Shown here: in pieces, positions 1 through 13,869 of the stretch
Numbering within the stretch: position 1 is the stretch's first letter
Layout: every line of letters begins with the position of its first letter
NCBI GenBank assembly: GCA_013265495.1
Contig: MU057632.1
Location: 1,038,054 to 1,102,053 of the forward strand
Length of the DNA: 64,000 nt
From: Vicugna vicugna
Taxonomy: Eukaryota
Reading direction: 5' to 3'
Position numbers and translations under genes: made by a program
Notes under the pieces: model-generated
Database searches by the model: none
Told to the model about the DNA's origin: nothing
Seen by the model: only the letters and a program-made list of their open reading frames with translations

Positions 1-1689
1 CACACCAAAATAGTAATGCTCTTGTTTATGTTTTCGTTCTGCTGTCATGAACTCTGGGCTTGAAAACGGACAGATTCCACCTGGAGTTTTCCTTTTCCTC
101 ATAGCCTTGGAAACAACAACAAAAATTTACATAAAGTCACAAAACAAAGTGGCCTCAACAGATCTTGTGGCAAGTTAATATCTGAGAACTGTAGGCAAGA
201 GAGTCTTCTTTCTTTTTCAAAACGTTGGCAACTTAGAATCAAAACCAGCTCTCCAGGGTCCTGAAACCCTGTAGCGATGCACTCTACAGCATCCTGGTGT
301 TGTAACCACCTGAACGACAAGAGGCAGCTTTTCCCATGACTAATCAACATCTCAGCTGATTTTATTAAATCCAATTTCTCCTCTATCATCTTCTGTGTAT
401 TTAGGTAAAAAGAATCTGATTAAAATGCATTTGTTCATTTAAATTCCAATTAGCAGTCCACTGAAAATAAAATGTGATTATTTGAAAGAAAAAAACCCCC
501 CAAAACCTCTAAAGCACATTTTCTGGATAAGCCTTGATTGTGACGCATCACATCCCTTTGAAAAACTGGCACTGATGGCCCCAAGTTGGTGGAAAGCAGG
601 CAGCCCTGCCTCGGAGGAATCCATCAGGTTTTACCACCGTCTCCCTGGGTAACACTGGGCAGATGCAATAGCTTGACCTCCCTGAACCTCGGGGTCTCGT
701 CTTAAGCCAGGAGGTGACTGGATGATCCTTTAAACTTCTTTCAGCTCTAAAATCTGATTTTTCTCTTTGTACATGTTTTGTATGCAACACGTGCTCATGT
801 TTGGTGAGTAAATGACTGCTGAGCAAACTACACGCAACTTTGGGGATATTTATTAAAGACACAGTCCTTTGTACAACCTACAAAAAATACAAAGGGTCTG
901 CATTTTAGGATGTACTACTGAAAAAAGGATGTGGTCATGTAAATGGTCCAACATTAGACATTTTAAAACACATTCAGATGGTCTGAGTAAATTGACACAG
1001 AATGCTATTAAAAATTTGAAGTTTTAAAAAATATATAAAAAGACAAGTGACTCACATGGTCTTGAAGCAACTTCAAAAATAAAGTCTGCAATGTCATTTA
1101 TAAAAATAAAGCAGTTACTCGATTCCTTTCAGTATAGCTCAGAGAAGAGAGCTGGAGACAAAAGGACCAGGATTTAGTTGAGGCTGATAATTTTGATCTT
1201 GTAAGAAACCCACTGGTTTCTCTGTATTCATATTAGCTCTTTAAATATTATTTATAATCAACAGGTAATATTTTACAATGAAATAGATTTTATGGTGTAC
1301 TTAGATATGCTTCCTTGGATATGACACTCTGGTATTCACTGTTTAAAATATACTTCATGAAGCTTTCTAAGACTATGGCCTGGTGTTATTAACATATGCC
1401 ATTATTTTAGAACATCTCCATCAGACTAGGAATCAGTCCAGTCATTCACCAAGCCCTGACCTTGGTACTGCTAACCCCACTCAGGATACTCCATTTTCCT
1501 GGGCCACAGGGCACAGTCCATCCTCCCTGGGAGCTTGTGCCCCCTACTCCTCACAGACAGCTTCTCCTTACTTGCTGGCTTCCTGGTCTCTCCCAGAGCC
1601 CACCCTGGATCTTATATAAATGTACCCACTCTGGCATTCTTGATCATAATTCCACACTCATTAAATTCCTACTCCCATCACAATCTCTA

Positions 1690-1885
1690 ATTATTTGATC
1701 TATTTATTTATACATATGTGCAAATATATGTCTGTATAAGATTATTTGAGTGTCTCCCCCAATAGAACACAAATTCCACAACAGGACACTCCTTACCTGC
1801 CCTGTTCACTGTTGTCTTCCTGGCACCTGACAGAGTTGACTGATAGACAGCAGACTCTCAACAGATACCTGTCAAATGAATGAAC
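1690..1885 (+). mobile_element. LINE-2 3' end remnant
   Basis: Typical L2 tail: 'ctgttcactgttgtcttcctggcacctgacagag...ctcaacagatacctgtcaaatgaatgaa'. Confidence 0.7.
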
Positions 1886-2147
1886 CACTCAATGATCACC
1901 ACCAAATATAAATCAAGAACCCTGGCTCATAAAGGCTTATTCACTTCGAAAAACTGATTGTAATTATTTGTCAATATTTTGCTTGCAATTAAATTTTCTG
2001 ATAATTCTGATGAACTAAGTTGAGCACATTTTATATGTGACTCTGCCTTAAAACATCTTATATTCTTAGAACTAAACAAAACTTCCTTGCAAGTAAGACC
2101 ATTGTGAATGAAGCCTTGCCCATGCTATTAAGTGTATTATAAATAAA

Positions 2148-2695
2148 GTGACATGGAAACAACTTAAAAGTCCATCAACAGATGGCTGGATAAAGAAGTT
2201 GTGATATATGTATAAATATATACACAATGGAATACTACTCAGCCATAAAAAAGAATGAAATAATGCCATTTGCAGCAACATGCATAGACCTGGAGATTGT
2301 CATTCTAAGTGAAGTAAACCAGAAAGAGAAAGAAAAATGCCATATGATCTCACTTATATGTGGGATCTAAAAGAAAAAAAGACACAAACGAACTTATTTA
2401 CAAAACAGAAATAGACTCACAGACATAGAAAACAGACTTATGGTTACTGGGTGGGGAGGGGATAGGAAGGGATAAATTGGGAATTTGAGATTTGCAGATA
2501 GTGCTATATATAAAATAGATAAAACAGCAAATTTCTACTGTATAGCACAGGGAGCTATATTCAGTATCTTGTAGTAATAAAAAAGAATATGAAAAGAAAT
2601 ATATGGATGGGTATATGACTGAAACATGATGCTGTGCACCAGAAACTGACACAGCATTGTAAACTGACTAGACTTCAACAACAACAATAACAACT
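2148..2695 (+). mobile_element. 5'-truncated LINE-1 (ORF2 end plus lineage-specific 3' UTR)
   Basis: 'acaatggaatactactcagccataaaaaagaatgaaataatgccatttgcagcaacatg' is the L1 ORF2 end. It is followed by a 3' UTR ('tactgtatagcacaggg...acagcattgtaaactgacta') shared with other copies in the window, and an (AAC)n tail. Confidence 0.92.
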
Positions 2696-3138
2696 GTATA
2701 CACCAGTGTTTCCATGGTTCGAAGGAGGGGAGAGATGTTGTGTCTAGGCTTGAAACAGTCGTAGTGAGTACCATAGTTAGAAACTTTGAGCTCTGTGTTA
2801 TGCGCTAGTCACTGGACTAAAGACTCAGTGTTTTAAATTTCAGTCATTTTAACTACAAAAGTAATACTTGCCTATTAGAACAATTCAAACAAGAGCAGTG
2901 TTCAAGTAGAGCAGCCCCTGCCTGGCCCCATCCACTTCCCCTGCTATTGACCGTAGTGTGTGCAACGTCCATACTCTTCCACTGCTTGTGCACACCCTCA
3001 GGCTTATGTTGAGCTGGTTACAAACGGGTGAGCAATTCAGCTGCTCAGAGCTAAGATCTCTTTCACTAGGCTTTGCAAGTCATTTAGTAATTGTGCACTA
3101 ATCAGGGTCAGTACTGCTTAGGCCCATACAGAGGACAC

Positions 3139-3860
3139 TGTTGTTGTATTAACAACTGGACTCTACCTTGGATACCGAGCAGGATCACATGGGGTCTCTC
3201 CCTCTGTGTCCTCCGTTTCTTGTTTGTAGGAAATAAGCTCCCTTCAGCCTCCTTGACCTTCCCTGAGTTCCAAAGGGCAGATTCAAACAGTTGCTAATTA
3301 GGGAAGGGAGGGGATGCAGAAAGAAAGGAGGAACAATAGTGTAGCCCTGGGGCAGGGTTCTGGTTCCTCCTCAAGGTAAATACATAACAATATCTTTGAG
3401 TTCTTCAGGAACTAAGCCTGCCCCGCCTCTCCCCCCCACCCCTGCTTCCTCTTTATGGCTGAGCAGAATCTACTAGGAGACGATTTCTTGCATGAACACT
3501 GGGTCCACCAGATTGCAGCCATTCTGATTAAAAGCAACTTTCATTTCTGTTGCCAAGGCTGTTGCCTCCAGGATCATATCCCTGCCCCTCCCTCGAATGG
3601 AAACCGGTTACTCTTATCTAAGCCTCAGAAGGCAACCGCAATGAGAAGAAGCAAGAACTGGTTAGAACCTGTGAAGCCCAAGATGGCAGAAGAGTTGACT
3701 TAAAATGGACCTCGAGCCTCAGTATATGCTCAGTAATGCGATAGCTGCTAAATGACACACCCCCCCGGCACCATGACAGTTGATGATCACCATGACAACA
3801 ACCGGAAAAGCCCGTACAAGGATGGAAAAGAAAGGCGACGGGCTCCAGCACACCCAGAAT
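3139..3860 (+). mobile_element. ERV1-class LTR remnant (related to the MER41-like LTR at 41303)
   Basis: Starts with TG and shares 'actggttagaacc...caagatggcagaaga...gagcctca...ccatgacagtt' with 41303-41726. The 3' end is uncertain. Confidence 0.6.
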
Positions 3861-5019
3861 GAGGACATGATGACAGGAACCTCCCATAAAAGTCCTGGTG
3901 GCCCAAGACATGATTTATTTAGCCATTTTCCTACTGGTGGGGATTCAGGTTTCTCCAATTTGTTGCAGGAAGTATCCTTGTAGATCTATTGGTCTATATT
4001 GGCACTGTATTTCTGTTAGAAATATTCCTGTAAGTGGGATTACCAGGTCAATACCAGGGTATGCAGAGCAGCTTTAAATTTTTTTCTAAGAAAAGAATCT
4101 GGAATATATGAGCTTAGGTTGCATGGACTCCAAACAGCTTGGATAGGCAAAGGAGAAATTAGACAGAATTTTGAGGAAAAGAAAGAAGGTAGAGCTATGG
4201 CAGCAGGAAACAGCACGGTGTGTCCATGTGGCAATCAGGGACCCAGACCCGGTGAAGCTTGTATAATTTGGGACCCATAGAGGTGGGAGGGGGTTACAGA
4301 AGGCAGGTAGCCTGGATTTTGATATCAACTGCAAAAATTTAGATTTGCTGCTCTAGGAAGCAAAGGACCATTGATAATTTGCAATAACAAGACAAGTGAT
4401 GAAGCAACCTTTCAGAATTGTAAGGAAAAAACCCCCAGCGGTCTGCTGACCCACACGTATCTGAGCCTGAGCGTGGTGTTCTCTCCAAGACCACATGGAC
4501 TCTGGCAGTCTTCATTTCCTCAGGAACTTCTTGGGTAACAGAAGCAGCACAAGGCACAATTCAAATGCAAATGCTTTCTCATCAGCTCCAAATTGCTCCT
4601 ATTATCAAGTTTGAGAGCTATAACAACAGTGAAAGTGCACTAAGGACAGGATCAGTGACACACCACTGGCAACGTCCTCCTCCCGACACTTTCTTCTCCA
4701 TCACAGGCTGGGGCCGGGCCGCTGTGGCCATCACCTCTGAGCCCCTGCCTGGTAGGCCTGCTCTCCTCCCTATCTGAACACCACTGTTTCCAGTCCTAGC
4801 AGATCCTCCTGGAGGGCTAATGATATTCTGTACCCCTAGTCAACCAACTGGTCCAAGGTCCAACCAAGGGTGATCTTACTGTAGCACAAAAGGTCAAGCC
4901 TCCAATCTCTGTGATGCGTTGTATTTTACAGAAGCTCCTTGGTTTCCACAACTTCACTTCCCACATAACAACTGGTCTATCAGGAAAAAATGTGCAGTGT
5001 GAAGAGGAAGCAAGATAAT

Positions 5020-5780
5020 CCATCATCCCCACCAGACACAAAGTCTAACCACTCCATCTTTTTCTTTTTGACTATTTTTACTTCTGCTCATCTTGCAAGT
5101 ATCAATATTCTCTATGGATCTATCATTTACCCTTTTCTTCAAAGACTCTACAGGTGATTTAATTTGCTCCCAGAGCATCAACAACACCTCTCGGTCAAAG
5201 ATGCTGAAATCTTTGGATCCAAATTCTCTCTTGAGTTCCAGGTCCATAGTTATGAACTGGACATTACTGAGTTGAAAGCACTCTCACCCAGCGGGACCAG
5301 TGCCAGATGGTTGAAGGCTGTTGTCCATGCCAGTTGGTTGGTATCTCATTTAAATTGTCCGTGCCCATCCTGCAGCAGTGGCTAAATGTTTTTCATGTCC
5401 TGCCTGGCCACAGAACATCAAACTGAACCTGTCCCAAGCTGACCTCCTCAGTTATCCTCACTCCTCTTGATCTGATCTATATCTTACATTTCTCTCCCAG
5501 TTAATAGCACCACCGTCAACTCTACTGCCCAAGCGAGAAACTTCGGAGTCATCTACTTTTTCCTTGTTTAGCATCTGTATCCAGTGATCATGTCTAGTTG
5601 TTCTCTTCAGGTTTTTCCCCATCTCAAGGCTCTGTCAAGTCCTCGGTTCACGCACTGCCATCACTCACCTGGCCTGTTGCCTTAGACTCCTATCCAGTTG
5701 CCCTAATTCTACCATCTCCACTTTCTAAACTATTTCTAACCTACAATTTAAAGGTACCTTCACAAAACACAAATGTTACC
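5020..5780 (+). mobile_element. LINE-2 remnant
   Basis: Pyrimidine-rich, L2-like blocks ('aaattctctcttgagttccaggtccata', 'ctactgcccaagcgagaaacttcggagtcatc'). Confidence 0.55.
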
Positions 5781-6011
5781 ATGTAATTTCAAATTCCACA
5801 AAAATATATCCTCATTTCATCCAACAGAAACATGGAGGAATACATGTTACATAAGGAAGGAATAAGTTGGAATAACAATATAGATACTATTAAAAAAATA
5901 CTTCCTGTTATGAACCATTCTCTGTGTTAGACATTATGGATGCCATGGAAAAACGACTTGGTACGGCTCTACTAGGAAGATGAAACACTGACAAAACCTC
6001 ACTGCAGTAGT

Positions 6012-6316
6012 TAGGGTTACCAGGCAAAATACAAGATGTCCCATTTTTGATGAATGATAAATAACTTTTTTAGGATAAGCATGCTCTGAATAGTGCACGG
6101 GGCGTACTTATACTAAAAAATATCATTTTCCTGAAATTCAATTAAAAAAAATACACATTTGAATTTTTTATTTTTAAAAATTTTGGGGAGTAATTAGATT
6201 TATTTGTTTGTTTGGGGATTGAACCCAGGGCCTCATGCATGCTAGGCATGCCTCCTACCACTGAGAGAGGCCCCACTTTGAAATTCAGATTTTTATTTGC
6301 TAAACCTAGCAACTTA
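6012..6316. mobile_element. MER53-like palindromic MITE interrupted by a SINE
   Basis: Terminal inverted repeats 'tagggttaccagg...' and '...cctagcaactta', with internal 'ttttaggataagcatg...cgtacttatactaaaaaa' matching the MER53 layout. Confidence 0.7.
6170..6275 (-). mobile_element. tRNA-Ala-derived SINE (Vic-1-like), degenerate
   Basis: The reverse complement gives 'ctcagtggtaggaggcatgcctagcatgcatgaggccctgggttcaatcccc' (A/B boxes) plus an 'aaataaatctaattac' tail. Confidence 0.85.
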
Positions 6317-7128
6317 AGTGTAGTGATGACATATGCTAAAATTAAGGTATGCAAATTACAGATCTACTACAAAGGAGAAAGAGTAACTCTATCTGGAAGA
6401 CCTGTGCAGTCTTTAGAAAGGAGTGCACCAATTAAAGTGATGGAGAGTAGTTTGTTGGGTAGGTAACGCGTGTGTATGTATGAGTGCATGTCCATGCATG
6501 TACGCGTGTGTGTCAGATGGCACGAGGGACATTTCAGGAAGAGGAAAGAGTGTTTATAAAGGCAAAAAAGGGAGATCCTATAGGGTATGTTTGTAGTGCT
6601 GTGCTGATAAAAGCAAACACACAACAAGAAAAGGGACTAATTTATACAGGTGATCAATACAATAAGAATAATGATGATAATAATGATGATAATGATAAAA
6701 ATGACAGACAGACAGAGAGAGAAGAGTGAAGATCTACCACCTCAACTTATAGGACTCAGCTTGCAGGGTATCCCACTCACCCCTGTGCAATGAAATAAAA
6801 GGAACTTTGGAGTCAGAGGTCTGAGTAAGAACTCCATCATTTTCTGGCAGCCAGTTTGAGCATTCATTTTCTCAAAGCGAAAAAATAGAAAATAATGCCT
6901 TTCTCCTGGGGGAGAAAATTAGCTGAACTTCAATGTGGCCAAGGCTTTGTAAACCAAAAACTGTGAGAAGAAAGTCCTAGTTAGCATCCCAGTGGCCCCT
7001 GCATCTCTTTCCAAGAGCACGTATATTTGCTGCTTCTGAACAAGGTAGAGACACACCCTTACTTTCTATGGTGTGGCTACAGCGGAATAGTTTTTCTTTC
7101 TCTTTCTCTTCTCCCAAAGATCACCCTC

Positions 7129-7320
7129 CTTTTTAAAAAATTTCATCTTTTATTGAAGTGTCGTTGATTTACAATGTTAATTTCAGGTGTACAGCAAAGC
7201 ATTCAGTTATACATATACATACACATATGTGTTCTTTTTCAGAATGTTTTCCACAGTATAGGTTATTACAAGAAATTGGACATAGTTCCCTGTGCTATAC
7301 AGTAGGTCCTTGTTGTTTAT
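7129..7320 (-). mobile_element. Short L1 3' end insertion with 14-bp target-site duplication
   Basis: Antisense L1 3' UTR flanked by 'caaagatcaccctc' at 7115-7128 and 7321-7334. Confidence 0.9.
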
Positions 7321-7426
7321 CAAAGATCACCCTCTTAGCATTAGTTTTGAGTCCTTCTGGGCATGTTTGAAATCTTTACCTCTCATTTTCCCTTCTGGGT
7401 CTCCCTCTATTTCATCCAAGACTTAC

Positions 7427-7643
7427 TGAGCATTTTAGAGTAGAGAGATGCTTCTCAAGCCCTTTTGGCTTCTTCTCAGTCTGAGATATAAACACACTGC
7501 AGACATTATATGAGAAATACTGTCTCCTTGTTTCTAATACATTCTGGTCACAGCTTGTTAAAATGATCAACAATAGCAATGTATAAGAAGTCAATAAGTA
7601 AAAATTAACATATTTTACAAGTTTTGGCATGTTGCTCAGAAGC
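7427..7643 (-). other. Candidate internal exon (217 nt), open in phase 2
   Basis: Acceptor 'tgtttctcttgcttgcag|' and donor 'ctca|gtaagt'; frame LLSNMPKLVKY...HLSTLKCS is open throughout. Confidence 0.3.
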
Positions 7644-8349
7644 CTGCAAGCAAGAGAAACATAACAGACATGAATAAAGATGAGGACATGCCAAGAAACC
7701 CAGACATTTGATTTTAGGCTTAACTTGAGAAGCAACAGCAAACTGAAATACATTTTTGAAATCAGAAAGTAACATGATGAAAATGGGATTTAAGAAAGAA
7801 TGACCTAAAAGCATACACAGGATGTTTTGCTATATAAGTAATGACTTCTTATCTATACTTAAAATTGATATATATTTTACTGCCCCCAAATTTGTCTTGG
7901 TTGATAAATATAAAATTTGTGCAGAAAAATAAATCAGTCCCTTCAGCTGAAATCTGAACATTCAAAACAGAGTCTGGGAAGAAAACACAAAGTACGTGGC
8001 AAGTGGTTATTTTTCTTGTAGATTTTGTAGCATCACTCTTCTGGTAACCACATCCAAAACCTTGTTTACTTTTAACTGGGAATTTACCTACCTAGCCTCA
8101 CCATTTGCAACTTGATCAAGTTTTTTTAAAAAATCAGAATTCCTACGCCCATGTTGGAAGGAGAAAAATCAAGTTCATGTCAATCACAACAAAATTTCTC
8201 TTGCTCTGATCATACAACACTGAGCCTTTCCCTGCATAACTTAACCTTCAAATTTCCTACTTTAATGACAGGTAAAGATAAAGGGAGAACATGAGGGCTG
8301 TAGGTGTCCAATCCCGTTGAGAACTACCAACTCTCTTCTACAAGAATGA

Positions 8350-8930
8350 GGAAAAGAAAAATGAACCACAACAGAGCTCATACCCTCACACAGCAGGTCT
8401 GAGACACACACACAAATAAGAGGTGGAAGGTGATAGATGCGTTAGGTAAGAGAGCTACAGTCCCAGCTCAGCCGAAGAATCAATTCTGATGGGGCGGTTG
8501 TTCAGGTGAGTCTTGGAGAGACTCACATGGGAGCAGAGATTTGAGAGTGGGGTGGGTGAGACAATTAGATACTGAAGTCAGTAGGGGCAGAGGCTCAAAG
8601 TGGACAAAAGGAGTGCAGAGCACACTTAGTGAATAGGGAAATCACGTAATTTTGTCAAATGTCTGCTGAGAGGTGAGGCAGCCAGGCGCTGGACGGCGCA
8701 GGGTCTGGGATTATTCAGGGCGGTTGTGCCTGTAGGTCTCCAGGAAGGCAGCTGCTCTGTCCAAAGCTGGGTGGGATGCTTTAGAGCAGAGGAAATGTAA
8801 GAGACAGGAAGGCCAAGAAGGTTTCCATCTCCCAGTGAGAGAGAAGGAGGGCCTGAAATAAGAGGGTGGCAGTGAGAATGGAAAGGAGGAGTAAATGTGA
8901 TGTGGACAAAGATGCAGAGTTTGGAGTTCA
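8350..8930 (-). mobile_element. LINE-2 remnant
   Basis: Purine-rich antisense L2 pattern ('ccagtgagagagaaggagggcctgaaataagagggtggcagtgagaatggaaagg'). Confidence 0.55.
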
Positions 8931-10011
8931 GTTCTTTTTCTCTCGTACTAGAAACAGCACACCACTGGAGAGCCTAATGGAGCAGGTGTTGCCTTGCCCA
9001 CTATGGGAATACAGTGGTCCATGAGATTCCACTAATCGTAACTGTAAAAAAAAAATCTAAATGTAACCTCCTTACAGACAGACAGCTAGAAACACACACA
9101 CACTGGAATATAACTCAAAGTCACAGTGTTTTCAAGCCTGGACGTTTTTTTGTCTCTCATAAATATGGCCCCAGGCTACCCCTTGAGCTCTCATGGTAAA
9201 TGACACTGCAAAGGACCAGCCCAAGTATTTGAACACTCGTAGTGCTTCAGAGGATCACAAATTGTGGAAACAGCTCTCTGGCATCACATGGAAAGGCAGA
9301 GTTAGAAAAATCAAAGGGACAAAGGAAAGAGGCTTTCATGTCCCTCCCTGATTCTCCATATTCTCTATTTTTAAATGTTTATCAGCTCAGTTTACCATTC
9401 TCAATTCGGGGAGTAATAGAATCTATTTTGGAATCATCTGTCAATTGGAACTCATTATTCAAATCAAGCCAATTCATAGTTCCAATCAAAAGAAAGCAAT
9501 TTATATCAAGTTCCAATGGTATAGCACAGTATTATCCATTACAGTAGACCAAGGACTTTTCACAAAATAGAACCTCTACCTTCAAGAAGTGAACACTGCA
9601 GGCGGAGAGACAAAATACAAAAATATCTTAGAAGTTAATGAAATATATTTTTTAAAACCAACTAAGGCAACCAAAGAACATGTGTCCCAAGGCAGCACTA
9701 AATTTATTAACAAGTGACTGGTATACTCTTAAAATACTGTAGAAGTTCGTCTTTTATTTACACATCAACCTTCCCTTTCTACAAGCAAAACAAGAGATCA
9801 CTTACTCCATATATGAGGAAATTTAGATGCAAAAAGTCATGATAGAAATTCTGTACATTCTTTGAGGCCTCTCAAATTTTATACCCTCCATGAATTTGTT
9901 CCAACTTGGGGTAAAAACCATAGAGACATGACTTATTCACTGATTATATATATAACATGTCCACCAAACTCCCAACTAGCATGCATGAATTCTTTGACTC
10001 AGGAACACTAT

Positions 10012-11077
10012 AAAATCACAGCAAAAGAAGCCATCAACAAAACAAAAAGTCAACCTACAGAATGAGAGAAAATATTTGCAAATGATGTGACCGACAAGGG
10101 GTTATTATCCAAAATATAGAGACAGTTTATACAACTCAATATCAAAAAGACCCAATCACAAAATGGGCAGAAGACCTGAATAGACATTTTCTAAGAGAGA
10201 CATACAGATGGCCAACAGGCACATGAAGAGATGCTCAACATTGCTAATTATTAGAGAAACGCAAATCAAAACTACAGTGAGGTATCATCTCACACTAGTC
10301 AGAATGGCCATCATCAAAAAGTCTACAAATAGCAAATGTTAGAGAGAGTGTGGAGAAAAGGGAACCCTTGTACACTGTTGGCGGGACTGTAAATTGGTGC
10401 AGCCACTGTGGAAAACAGTATGAAGATTCCTTGAAAAATTAAAAATAGGGTTGCCATATGGTCCAGCAATCCCACTCCTGGGCATATATCTGGAAAAAAC
10501 CAAAAACACTAATTTGAAAATTACATGCACCCTAATGCTCACAGCAGAATTATTTACAATAGCCAAGACATGAAAGCAATCTAAGTGTCCATGGACAGAT
10601 GATTGGATAATGACGTGTGTGTGTGTGTGTGTTCGCACACAAAATGGAATACTACTTGGCTATAAGAAAGAATGAAATATTGCCATTTGCAGCAATGTGG
10701 ATGGACCTAGATGGTATTATGCTTAGTGAAGTAAGACAGAAAGAGAAAGACAATTATATAATATCACTTACATGTGGACTCTAAAAATAATACTGAATAA
10801 ATGTATCACAAAACAGAAACAGATTCACAGACATAGAAAACAAACTTATGGTTAGCAAATGAGGTGGAAGGGACAAATCAGGAGTTTGGGATTAACAGAT
10901 ACACACTACTGTATATAAAACAGACAGACAACAAGGTCCTACTGTAGAGCACAGGGACCTAGATTCAACATCTTATAATAACCTATAGTGGAAAATAGTC
11001 TGCCCCAAGCTGAACTGCTATGCTTGTACGCCTGAAACTAACACAATATTAAATCAGTTATACTTAAATGAAAAAAA
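10012..11077 (+). mobile_element. 5'-truncated LINE-1 (~1.07 kb, ORF2 C-terminus plus 3' UTR)
   Basis: L1 ORF2 3' sequence ('caacctacagaatgagagaaaatatttgcaaat', 'ggtgcagccactgtggaaaacagtatg', 'ccagcaatcccactcctgggcatata'), A-tail, and TSD 'gaacactat' at 10003-10011 and 11078-11086. A (GT)n run lies inside at ~10615-10632. Confidence 0.95.
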
Positions 11078-11189
11078 GAACACTATGACATTCTTATCTT
11101 CTCACTCTCTAGAGAACAGCCCAGGATTGAGCAAGAAGAGCACTGTCAATGGGTCTCACTGGGACCGTGAAATGCCACTTGTGGTGCCT

Positions 11190-11395
11190 GCCTCTGAGCA
11201 GGTCTGGAGCTTGGGCGCTGGCCTCTGACTGCCTGGCTTCAAATCCTGGCTTCACGATCAGAGGGTGTCTGTGCCTGAGCAAGTAATTTACAACTCTGTG
11301 CCTCAGTTCCCTCATTTATAAAATGAAGATGATCATGGCACTTTATAGAACTTTGTGTTTAGTGCACATAAGTGCCTAAAACAGAGTAGCATACA
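11190..11395 (+). mobile_element. MIR SINE
   Basis: MIR core 'ctggcttcaaatcctggct...ctgagcaagtaatttacaactctgtgcctcagttccctcatttataaaatg'. Confidence 0.85.
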
Positions 11396-13497
11396 ATTGC
11401 AGTTATGGTCGACACAGGTTGTGGAGAACCAGCGAAGAGCTAAAACTAGACTTCCTCCTGCCCTAACCTTAGGCATAACTTAGGGTGGTGAGAGATGCTG
11501 AAAATTAAGATGTGCTTTCCTTTCTTTTTTGGTGCTACCAAACAAAATAGTTCTCTCCACTGTGCTAGAGAGACTTCTTTCCTGTGGGTCTCCCTAAGGC
11601 ATCAGAAAAGAAGCGCATATTTGAGGGACTGTAATTCCGTAGAGCTAAGAGCCGTTTCCATTTCCTTATCTTTTCATTAAATTTCCTTGGAAACTCCCCA
11701 CTCAAATTCTTAGACCTTTCTGGGGTCTTTCCTCTTCCTGTTCATTCACTTGTCACCAAAGCCTCTGCTCTCTCCTTCCAGATGCCTCTTTCTCGTATCC
11801 ATTTCTTCTTAACTCCCACCATCACCCTTACTATTATTAACCATGTCTGGTCTATTTTAACCGTCTACTAATTGGTCTCCTTCTCCCCAGGAATGCCCTA
11901 TTATCACCCATCATGCATACTTCTGAAAAATTCATCATCCTGACACATCCCTTTCAGGTTGGTGGCTCCAAGTTCAGATGCTTTCATGTCTTCAGAGTAA
12001 AAGCAGTTTCCTGACCCTGGAACTTAAGGATATTTATAACCTGGCCCCTGCGTTCCTTTAGAGGTTTATATTCCTCAATTTCTTTGCCAAATATGCCTCT
12101 GCAACCAGATTATATAGTCAGTGCCCAAGTCATTTTCTTAGTCTGGGATGCCCTCAACTCTCCTTTCTATCCGACTAAAACCCACTCTTGAAGGAAAGCT
12201 AATATCCTCCTTTCTCCTCTAGCTTTTCCTGACTCCACATTACATCAGCCACAATTGTTGATAGATCCCCCTTGAAAGAATTCCATGTACATTTTTAAGT
12301 AATGCACTTGACTTTTGTAAGGTACCTTTTATACCTACATAGCCACCAACCTTCCCATCCACCCATTCCATCCGTCCATCCATCCATCCCTCATCTCCTT
12401 AAATTAGGAATGACTTGAGGGCAGATCCTATTACTTAGTATTCTGGGATCCTTCCCTTCCTTCATCCTCAAACTTACTACTGTATCTGGAACATAGCTTA
12501 GGCTTTATAAACATTTTTTAAAAGAATTGCAGAAAAGTATCAGATAGCATGCAATTGAATAATAATATAAATATGATAAAATTTATATTACCAGCACTAA
12601 GTAATACTGGCTCTAACAATTTTTCTTCACTTCCAATTTCAAGTTAGATTTCTCTGTGCCTTCATGGCAATCTGTAAGCTCTTTCATAGCTTTGTCTTCA
12701 TACTTCATTGCAATTACTTATTTACCTGTCTGTCAGCTTAACTAGGTTATAGCTTCTTCATAGCTTTGTAAGTCTCTTACATTTGTTGGGTGAATGAGTA
12801 AAAATGAATGAATGAACAGCAAAATAGATGCTACATATATAGGTCATTTGAACTGATGGAAATCTTATTTAACACTACCCAGAGTTAAGTAAGTCTTGAA
12901 AGGCCTGCTTCAGCCTGTCATGTTCTGAATTTGTCTACCCAATGACCTCAATTATATATTACCAGCGACGCTATCGAAAGTCATTAAAGATGCCCTAGAC
13001 ACACTCACAGTGTTTAATATTTGTTACATGCATAATAGATGAGTACCTTCATTTATCTACTAAAATCATTTTTCACTAAACAAACATTAATTTGTGGCAT
13101 GGATTGCCCAAGGTCCTGGGCATAATCTTTCCCTTTTATTTAATTTCTTCTTTCTAATAGCAGTGCAGAAGTAACCATGGGTACAAATTCTCCTTTGGCT
13201 ATGAGCTCCCTGCTTCTGCATAAGGACCATCTATTTCCTTGGCACAGGTAGACCATTCTCATCTTGGACAAAAGACTCTGCAGAAAAGCAGAGGAAACAG
13301 CAGTGATTCAGAGTAACCAGACTGGGCCCTGAGGCACAGCAAGTTTCTAATAATAATATTGCCAGTTTTTATTTCGTCTCCACATGAGTGTTCGAAGAGA
13401 GGGACCATTCCGTGATAGTCACATTAATTTCATTTTATCAAATTATCACCCATCCCAGCTAACGTTCATCTTTCCTGAGCATCTCAGTGGCACATAC

Positions 13498-13670
13498 CAG
13501 TGGTTCTAATCAGGAGAGTACATCAGGATAACTTGGGTAGATTTTCCAAATACACGTTTCCTGGACTCCCTACTCCCACACAGTCGGGAGCATTTGATAC
13601 ATGATGGGGTGGCCTGAGGTGGGATGTATGCTTTTTAAAAATACCCCAATGCCTTTTTACACCACTCCTT
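13498..13670. mobile_element. MER5-like hAT-Charlie DNA transposon remnant
   Basis: 'cagtggttct...catcaggataacttggg...ggggtggcctgaggtgggatgtatgctttttaaaaatacccca'. Confidence 0.55.
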
Positions 13671-13869
13671 TCAAAAAGAAACAGTAATAGTAAGAAAAGA
13701 TACAGTCTATGTTTTGACTGGATTAGCCAAATATATATATATATTTTCCAAATCATGCCAATGTCAGCACACTGTAAGAACTTAAATATTTGGTAAATAT
13801 TTGTTCAACAGATGAAATAATGAATACTGCAGAGATTACTGACTTCTTCAGGAGAACAATATTCATGTA

